A DNA stretch of 64,000 nt. It comes from Thermoplasmata archaeon. Its GTDB lineage: Archaea; Thermoplasmatota; Thermoplasmata; GCA-020350865. The stretch's first letter is position 1; each line of letters opens with the position of its first letter. A program made the translations under genes and the position numbers. The notes below the pieces were generated by a model, which was not told where the DNA came from, did not search any database, and saw only the letters and a program-made list of their open reading frames with translations. The DNA is taken from positions 3,745,002-3,809,001 of the forward strand of contig CP070751.1 in NCBI GenBank assembly GCA_020348445.1, given 5' to 3'. Shown piece by piece: positions 58,208 through 64,000 of this stretch.

Positions 58208-61200
58208 TCGATTTCCTCCTTCTGAGGTTTAATGGATTGTTCTATCGGATTCAATGGATTGGGCCCGAGCTCTTTGACCTTGTTTACGAACTCTGTCATG
58301 ACCTCTGCAAATCTTTTTCCTTCGGATGCAGAGATCCATTCTAATCGAACACGCCTTTCATCCATACCCAACAATCCTATAAGTTCTTTTACGTTTTTGA
58401 CCCTAATTTCCGCCTTCTCATTTCCTGATATATAATGGCAGTCGCCGATATGACAGCCTGCAACCAGTATACCATCCACTCCTTTATGAAGTGCTTCCAT
58501 AATAAATGATGGGGAGATTCTTCCCGAGCACATCACCCTTATCACCCTGATATTTGGCGGGTACTGAAATCTGGAAACACCTGCCAAATCAGCCCCGGCA
58601 TAGGCACACCAATTGCAGCAGAATGCTAGTATGAAGGGTTCAAATTCCTCCCTCAATTTATGCCCTTCAAGTGCAGAGTCTATCATGGTATGAATCTGAT
58701 CATTTTTGAAATGCTTTGTAATGATGGCGTTATTGCAGCAACTTGCAGCACATGCTCCGCAGCCCTTGCATAAAGCCTCATTGATTTTCGAATGCTTTTT
58801 CCCTTCATCATCTGTAATGAGCTCGGGGGCGCCGAACTCACAGATATCGACGCATTCTCCACATCCTCGACATTTTGACTCGTCAACAACAGAGATTACA
58901 GCATTTGCTTCAAAGAATTTTTTAGAAAGCAAAGTTGCAGCCCTTGATACCGTCCCCTTAGCCTGTGAAATACATTCCTCCAAGAATTTTGGTGAATGCG
59001 CAAGCCCGCACAAAAAGACCCCCTCGGTTGCGAAATCCAAAGGACGTAATTTCATATGAGCCTCCAGGAAAAATCCATCCTTGGAGAGGGGAACCTTAAG
59101 CATCTTGGCGATTTTTTCATTGTCGACACTGGGTATTGTGGCTGTGCTTAGAACCAAAAGATCTGGATTGATATCGATATTTTCACCTAGAAAATGATCG
59201 AAAATTGATACAGAAAGCTCACCACCTGCAAGCTGAACATCGGGCTTTGAATCGTCATAGTACCTGATGAATATTATACCTGATCTTGCAGCCTCTTCAT
59301 AGAAGATCTCGCGAAAGCCGTATGTTCTCATGTCCTTGTATAGGATGTATATATTTGCTTCGGGATTCAATTCCTTCAACTTCAAAGCATTTTTCACGGC
59401 CTCTGAGCAGCAGACCCTGCTGCAATATGTCCGTGTCTCATCCCTGCTTCCCACACACTGAATCATAACTACTGTCTTTGCATCCACTTGGCCTTTTCCT
59501 AATCTCTCTTCAAAATCCAGTTGGGTGATGATCCTCTCATCCTGGCCGTATAGGTACTCTTTAGGCTCGTAACTGATGCCGCCGGTAGCAACGATAACGG
59601 CTCCATGTTCCAATGTCTTCTCCTCGCCGTTTTCAGAAATAGTGGTTTTAAAATCTCCCACACAACCCTCGATATTCTTGATTTCAGAATTTACATACAC
59701 ATTTATCTTATCATTGGAATTGATCTTGTCTATGGTTTCCTTTAAAAATTCCTGAAGATTTTCTCCGGTGAGCATATAATGCAGCCGCTTGAGATTTCCT
59801 CCAAGTTCCTTCTCTTTTTCAACGATATGAGCAGCAAATCCATGCTCAGCCAATTCCAAGACAGCCATCATACCCGATATTCCACCGCCTATGACAAGGG
59901 CCGATTGATTTATGGGAATTTCCACTTTATACAATGGTTCAAGCAATCTCGTTTTTGAAATGGCCATTCTCACAAGGTCCTTAGCCTTCCTTGTTGCAGC
60001 CTCTGGCTCGTGCATGTGAACCCATGAGCACTGATCGCGGATATTAGCCATTTCAAAGAAGTATGGATTCAACCCCGCCTCTCTTACAGTATTCTGAAAA
60101 AGCGGTTCATGGGTTCGGGGTGTACAGCTGGCCACGACAACGCGGTTGAGATTATGCTCCTCTATTTTTGATTTGATTTTTTGCTGCGTGTCCTGTGAAC
60201 ATGTGTAGGGGTTACTCTCTGCATAAACAACATTAGGTAGGTTTTTAACGTACTCCACAACCTCTGGAACCTTAACTACACCACCTATGTTGATTCCGCA
60301 GTGGCAAATGAATACTCCCAAACGGGGCTCCTCCTGGGCTACCTCTTTTTCAGGTGGATACTCCTTTACTTCAACAAGTTTGTCCCTCTCGGACGCAATC
60401 AAGGACGAAGCACATGCAGCAGCACCGCTTGCTTGGGCCACAGTATCTGGAATATCCTTTGGAGCCGAAAATGCCCCTGAGACGAAAACCCCTTTCCTGT
60501 TTGTCTCAAGAGGTGAAGTAACACTTGTTTCGCAAAAGTTGTAATCATTTAACTCAACACCCAATTTCTCGGCGAGCTCCAAGGCAGTATCTGGTGAGTC
60601 CATGCCAACAGAAAGAACAACCAGATCGAACTCTTCTTCCTTTAACTCCCCCTCGTCAACATAATTCAATATTAAATTGTTGGTGTTTTTATCCTCTTTT
60701 ACTCCCGAGACCCTGTTGTTCTTCACAAACCCGATTCCATGCTCCTCTTCTGCTCTAATGTAATAATCATCAAATTCCTTGCCAAATGCCCGCATGTCCA
60801 TAAAGAATATGGTTGATTTTAACCCAGGTGCATGCTCCTGTGCTATTACAGCCTCCTTGATTGCGAACATGCAACATACAGATGAGCAATATGGATTTCC
60901 AGACGTCCTATCTCTGGAACCAACACATTGAATAAATGCAACTTTTTTTGGAATCTCGCCGTCAGAGGGTCGCAGAACCAATCCATTGAAGGGTCCTGTG
61001 GCACTGAGCATGCGCTCCATTTCCAAACTTGAGATCACATTTGGGAATTTTCCATAACCATATTCCTTGCGTTTTGATAGAATGTCAAATTCCTTAAATC
61101 CAGGTGACATGATGATGGAGCCAACTTGTATATTGATCTCCTTTTTTTCCTGGGAATATTTTATGGCCTCTGCCTCACACTGGGTCTCGCAGAGCCCGCA

Positions 61201-61728
61201 GCCAATGCATATCTCCTGGTCAATACAATGAACAGGTGGAACAGCTTGAGGATACTTTACATGGATGGCTTTTCTTCTCTTTAGGCCCTTGTTGTACTCG
61301 TCCTTTACTTCAATGGGGCATCTTTGTGTACAAATACCGCATCCCGTACAACGACTTTCATCCACATATCTCGGCCTCTTGGTGAGGGTGACCTTGAAAT
61401 TTCCTGCTCCTCCTTCTACATTCTCCAAATCTGCATTTGTGATGAGCTGGATATTGTGATGGCGTCCAGTCTCCACAAGTTTGGGAGCCATGATGCACAT
61501 TGCACAATCATTTGTAGGGAAGGTCTTATCAAGCTGGGACATTGCCCCACCGATGCTGGGGCTGTTATCGAGGACATAGACTTTGAATCCTGAATCTGCC
61601 AGATCCAGTGCAGACTGCATGCCTGAGATTCCGCCACCTATTATGAGAATCGCGCCTACCTTTTTTGATTCAGCTTCCTTAATGACTGAAGCAGCTTCTA
61701 CCTCGACCTGTCCATCCTTTGCCTCTAT
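58195..61728 (-). CDS. hdrA: HdrA (tandem type) fused to a C-terminal MvhD; start uncertain (ATA 61728 or frameshifted ATG 61715)
   Basis: The Rossmann motif KVGAILIIGGGISG is encoded in frame upstream of ATG 61620; C-terminal CCNWCAYAGAD...GCHIGDCHY. Confidence 0.88.
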   Translation of the reverse strand: MEAKDGQVEVEAASVIKEAESKKVGAILIIGGGISGMQSALDLADSGFKVYVLDNSPSIGGAMSQLDKTFPTNDCAMCIMAPKLVETGRHHNIQLITNADLENVEGGAGNFKVTLTKRPRYVDESRCTGCGICTQRCPIEVKDEYNKGLKRRKAIHVKYPQAVPPVHCIDQEICIGCGLCETQCEAEAIKYSQEKKEINIQVGSIIMSPGFKEFDILSKRKEYGYGKFPNVISSLEMERMLSATGPFNGLVLRPSDGEIPKKVAFIQCVGSRDRTSGNPYCSSVCCMFAIKEAVIAQEHAPGLKSTIFFMDMRAFGKEFDDYYIRAEEEHGIGFVKNNRVSGVKEDKNTNNLILNYVDEGELKEEEFDLVVLSVGMDSPDTALELAEKLGVELNDYNFCETSVTSPLETNRKGVFVSGAFSAPKDIPDTVAQASGAAACASSLIASERDKLVEVKEYPPEKEVAQEEPRLGVFICHCGINIGGVVKVPEVVEYVKNLPNVVYAESNPYTCSQDTQQKIKSKIEEHNLNRVVVASCTPRTHEPLFQNTVREAGLNPYFFEMANIRDQCSWVHMHEPEAATRKAKDLVRMAISKTRLLEPLYKVEIPINQSALVIGGGISGMMAVLELAEHGFAAHIVEKEKELGGNLKRLHYMLTGENLQEFLKETIDKINSNDKINVYVNSEIKNIEGCVGDFKTTISENGEEKTLEHGAVIVATGGISYEPKEYLYGQDERIITQLDFEERLGKGQVDAKTVVMIQCVGSRDETRTYCSRVCCSEAVKNALKLKELNPEANIYILYKDMRTYGFREIFYEEAARSGIIFIRYYDDSKPDVQLAGGELSVSIFDHFLGENIDINPDLLVLSTATIPSVDNEKIAKMLKVPLSKDGFFLEAHMKLRPLDFATEGVFLCGLAHSPKFLEECISQAKGTVSRAATLLSKKFFEANAVISVVDESKCRGCGECVDICEFGAPELITDDEGKKHSKINEALCKGCGACAASCCNNAIITKHFKNDQIHTMIDSALEGHKLREEFEPFILAFCCNWCAYAGADLAGVSRFQYPPNIRVIRVMCSGRISPSFIMEALHKGVDGILVAGCHIGDCHYISGNEKAEIRVKNVKELIGLLGMDERRVRLEWISASEGKRFAEVMTEFVNKVKELGPNPLNPIEQSIKPQKEEIECPQ

Positions 61729-62030
61729 CCCACCACCCCCTTCCCTGAAAGCAATCCTCTAATGCACACCGAGAAATGACAGGCATCGCTTCTTGCCCTC
61801 TCGCAGCTGTGGCATCTTAACGTGAGAAGTAATTCTCTTGTGATTTTCTTTCTTGTCTCTTCATCTATATCGGGGAGGTTTTCCTTGCAATCCTGAATGA
61901 TCTTATTTTGAACCTGAGCCCAGGCGGGTAAGGTGGAGACCTTGTATTTTTTTCTCCAAGAGTTGCGAATATTTTTGATCTTGTCCAACTCTTCTTCTTT
62001 TATTTCCTTGTCACCATTATTAATTTCCAT
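61725..62030 (-). CDS. Uncharacterised small Cys-motif protein, paralog 4
   Basis: LLTLRCHSCERARSDACHFSVCIRGLLSG; ATG 62030 after AGGGG. Confidence 0.8.
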   Translation of the reverse strand: MEINNGDKEIKEEELDKIKNIRNSWRKKYKVSTLPAWAQVQNKIIQDCKENLPDIDEETRKKITRELLLTLRCHSCERARSDACHFSVCIRGLLSGKGVVG

Positions 62031-62044
62031 TTTTGTTCCCCTAT

Positions 62045-62839
62045 TCAATCACTTTGGACATAGTTATATATTGGAGATGAGCCTTCGATTTTCTCCAGGC
62101 CCACCAATCCCCTGTCCCGAAGTACCACCAGGTGTTCTAGGACCTCTCTTGAGGGGGTTTTAATGTCCTGGGCTATATCTTTGACTGACCTGGACTTTTT
62201 CATAAGTGACCTCAGAATTCTTTGTCTGAGCATCTCCTCCTCAATAATTTCATCCAGTATCCCATCAAATCGTTCATCTTCGATTTTGTTGTTGTAGACA
62301 TTCCCCTTTTCAATTATGTTGTATGCTTTTGCGCAAAGTAATCTCAACCTGAAATCGTTGGCTGCATCCCTTGCTATTAACAATTGCTCCATAATTTTCA
62401 GGTCAGGGGATTTGCCCGAGATCGGGCTTGGCCCAAGTTCCTTAATTTTGTTGGTCATGTCCTTCATTATTTCGGCAAATCTAACAGATTCTGATGCAGA
62501 GACCCATTCCAATCTTAGCCTCTCTGGGTTCAACCCTACCCTTTGAAGCAGACTCTTGGTCATTTCTATCCTATACACTGTATGATAATTACCCTCCATG
62601 TAGTGACAGTCCCCGGGATGGCACCCGCCAATAAATACTCCATCAATACCCTGTATGAACATCTCCAGTATTATGGAAGGCTCGATTCTGGAACTGCACA
62701 TGACCCTAACGATTCTGATATTATGGGGGTACTGTATCCTGCTCACACCTGCCAAATCGGCTCCGGCATAACAGCACCAATTACAAAGGTAGCCTATTAT
62801 CTTTGGATCGAACTCATCCAATGCCCCATCCCCATTCAC
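62045..62839 (-). CDS. mvhD: MvhD with C-terminal winged-helix-like extension
   Basis: CNWCCYAGAD, MCSSR, GCHPGDCHY; SVKDIAQDIKTPSREVLEHLVVLRDRGL. Confidence 0.88.
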   Translation of the reverse strand: MNGDGALDEFDPKIIGYLCNWCCYAGADLAGVSRIQYPHNIRIVRVMCSSRIEPSIILEMFIQGIDGVFIGGCHPGDCHYMEGNYHTVYRIEMTKSLLQRVGLNPERLRLEWVSASESVRFAEIMKDMTNKIKELGPSPISGKSPDLKIMEQLLIARDAANDFRLRLLCAKAYNIIEKGNVYNNKIEDERFDGILDEIIEEEMLRQRILRSLMKKSRSVKDIAQDIKTPSREVLEHLVVLRDRGLVGLEKIEGSSPIYNYVQSD

Positions 62840-64000
62840 TTGATCTCCTCCTCAAGCAATGGCAACCCTTGAGCTATTAGCTGGTCCAAGGTGTAATGAT
62901 TCATGGTAATTGCCCGCTCGGGACACGCGGCGGCACAAGAACCACAACCTTGGCAAAGGGCCTCCATGGTTCTCATTTTCTTCTTCCCTTCCACTGGCTG
63001 TATGGCTCCATAAGGGCATACCTGCTCGCATGTTTTACATCCAATACACCTTTCCTCATCTATCCATGAGGTGATGGGTTCGTTTTGGGCAAATCCTCTA
63101 ATCATTGGAATTGCCGCCTTCATTGCGGCTCCACTTCCCTGTACAAGGGACTCGGCTATATTCTTGGGGCTCTGAAGGCATCCTGCAAGATAAATTCCCT
63201 CGACACTGGCCTCGATGGGTGCCAGTTTGATGTGCTTTTCCATACAAAAGCCGCTTCCGCATTGAGTCACCTTAAAATGTCGAAGCAAATCAGAAGTATC
63301 AGGATGATGTGCAACCATTCCCAAAACGAGAATAACTGTGTCCACATTGAGCTCCAATTCCTCTTCTGAGAGTTCATCGAAAACGAGAATCCTGGCTGAT
63401 CCCTTCAGATCTTCAACCTTTGGTTTGTTATTGAATTCATATTTTATGAACTGGACACCGAGCTCACAGGCCTTCCTGTACATCTCCTCCCCGCCTTTAC
63501 CATAGGTTCTGATATCTCGGTAAAGAACCATCACATTGATTCCCATCTTTTTCAGCTGGATTGCCTGTTTCATGGTGGTTTTACAGCAGTATCTCGAGCA
63601 ATCACCAATTCCTTCAGTGCCCTTGCGATCAAAGAGCCGCTCGCACAAAGGATCTCGGGAGCCTACACACATGATAAATGCTATGCTTTTTGGCTCTCTA
63701 TCGTTGATTACGATCTCGCCCTTTGTGGGGCCTTCGGGATTCAGTAACCTCTCAAGGCCAATATTGCTGATTACGGTGATTGCCTCAAGGCTATCTGGGC
63801 TGTCCTCGTAACAGTATTCCCCCTGTGGATCGTATACATCAGAGCCGATCGCCAAGACAACTGTTCCGGCCTTAAGCCGTTTAAAGTCGTTATCAAGGTA
63901 CTTGATTGATTCTGGGGTTATGGCTCCTGTGGGACATACTTCGGCACATTTACCACATTGATTGCAATCCCTGACCACGATGTTGTAAGACTTGGGCCAT
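62836..64000 (-). CDS. hdrA: HdrA-family protein (5'-truncated by window edge)
   Basis: Frame open to base 64000; CNQCGKCAEVCP, CVGSR, CSRYCC, HIKLAP, C-terminal ferredoxin. Confidence 0.88.
   Translation of the reverse strand, partial: WPKSYNIVVRDCNQCGKCAEVCPTGAITPESIKYLDNDFKRLKAGTVVLAIGSDVYDPQGEYCYEDSPDSLEAITVISNIGLERLLNPEGPTKGEIVINDREPKSIAFIMCVGSRDPLCERLFDRKGTEGIGDCSRYCCKTTMKQAIQLKKMGINVMVLYRDIRTYGKGGEEMYRKACELGVQFIKYEFNNKPKVEDLKGSARILVFDELSEEELELNVDTVILVLGMVAHHPDTSDLLRHFKVTQCGSGFCMEKHIKLAPIEASVEGIYLAGCLQSPKNIAESLVQGSGAAMKAAIPMIRGFAQNEPITSWIDEERCIGCKTCEQVCPYGAIQPVEGKKKMRTMEALCQGCGSCAAACPERAITMNHYTLDQLIAQGLPLLEEEIK

Noticed and set aside
33469-63811. Many plus-strand and alternate-frame ORFs of 60-200 aa over the hdr/mvh genes, some similar to each other
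   Set aside because: They are antisense shadows of the paralogous genes. The similarity comes from the duplicated sense strand, and they have no RBS or motifs.
29515-64000. Selenocysteine recoding in HdrA, MvhD or MvhA
   Set aside because: The positions that are Sec in Methanococcales homologs read Cys here (ASCTP/AACTP, MvhD Cys motifs, DPCLSC), and the ORFs are uninterrupted by in-frame TGA.
33246-64000. Evidence of methanogenesis
   Set aside because: No mcr, mtr, fwd or separate hdrB/hdrC in the window; HdrA/MvhD are widespread in non-methanogens.
1-64000. rRNA, tRNA or diversity-generating retroelement
   Set aside because: No recognisable rRNA or cloverleaf sequence, no reverse transcriptase, and the duplicated 101-aa modules differ at all base types rather than only at adenines.

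Overview
Archaeal DNA, judged from GGAGGTG/GGTGAT ribosome-binding sites, an archaeal-type JAMM protein and the HdrA/Mvh/Hyp content. An uncultured Thermoplasmatota-like lineage is my inference, not proven. The window has three parts. (1) 1-18.3 kb is a visibly AT-rich accessory region of unrelated single genes: Fic, two radical SAM proteins, two GNATs, secreted beta-helix and beta-propeller proteins, a GH114-like lipoprotein, zinc-ribbon proteins, a degenerate JAMM protein and a RelE-type toxin-antitoxin pair. Every real intergenic gap from 1.0 to 15.3 kb holds a copy or half-copy of one ~200-bp structured repeat, always in the same orientation, with inverted ends CAATCCCCTCC...GGAGGGGATTG. 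This looks like a cassette array, but no recombinase or transposase is in the window. (2) 18.4-33.1 kb holds a large surface protein, hypC-hypA-hypD, SRAP/TfoX/CPBP genes, hypE, a maturation protease, the group 3c [NiFe]-hydrogenase mvhG-mvhA and two FKBP/SlyD genes. (3) 33.2-64 kb is a minus-strand array running off the window end: 9 HdrA-family ORFs, 8 MvhD domains (5 carrying an extra C-terminal winged-helix-like region), 4 copies of an unrecognised ~100-aa Cx2Cx7Cx4C protein, one HdrD-like and one FrhB-like gene. Four genes appear to start at non-canonical codons (ATA, ATC, CTG, ATA) behind good RBSs. No rRNA, tRNA, CRISPR array or transposase was seen.
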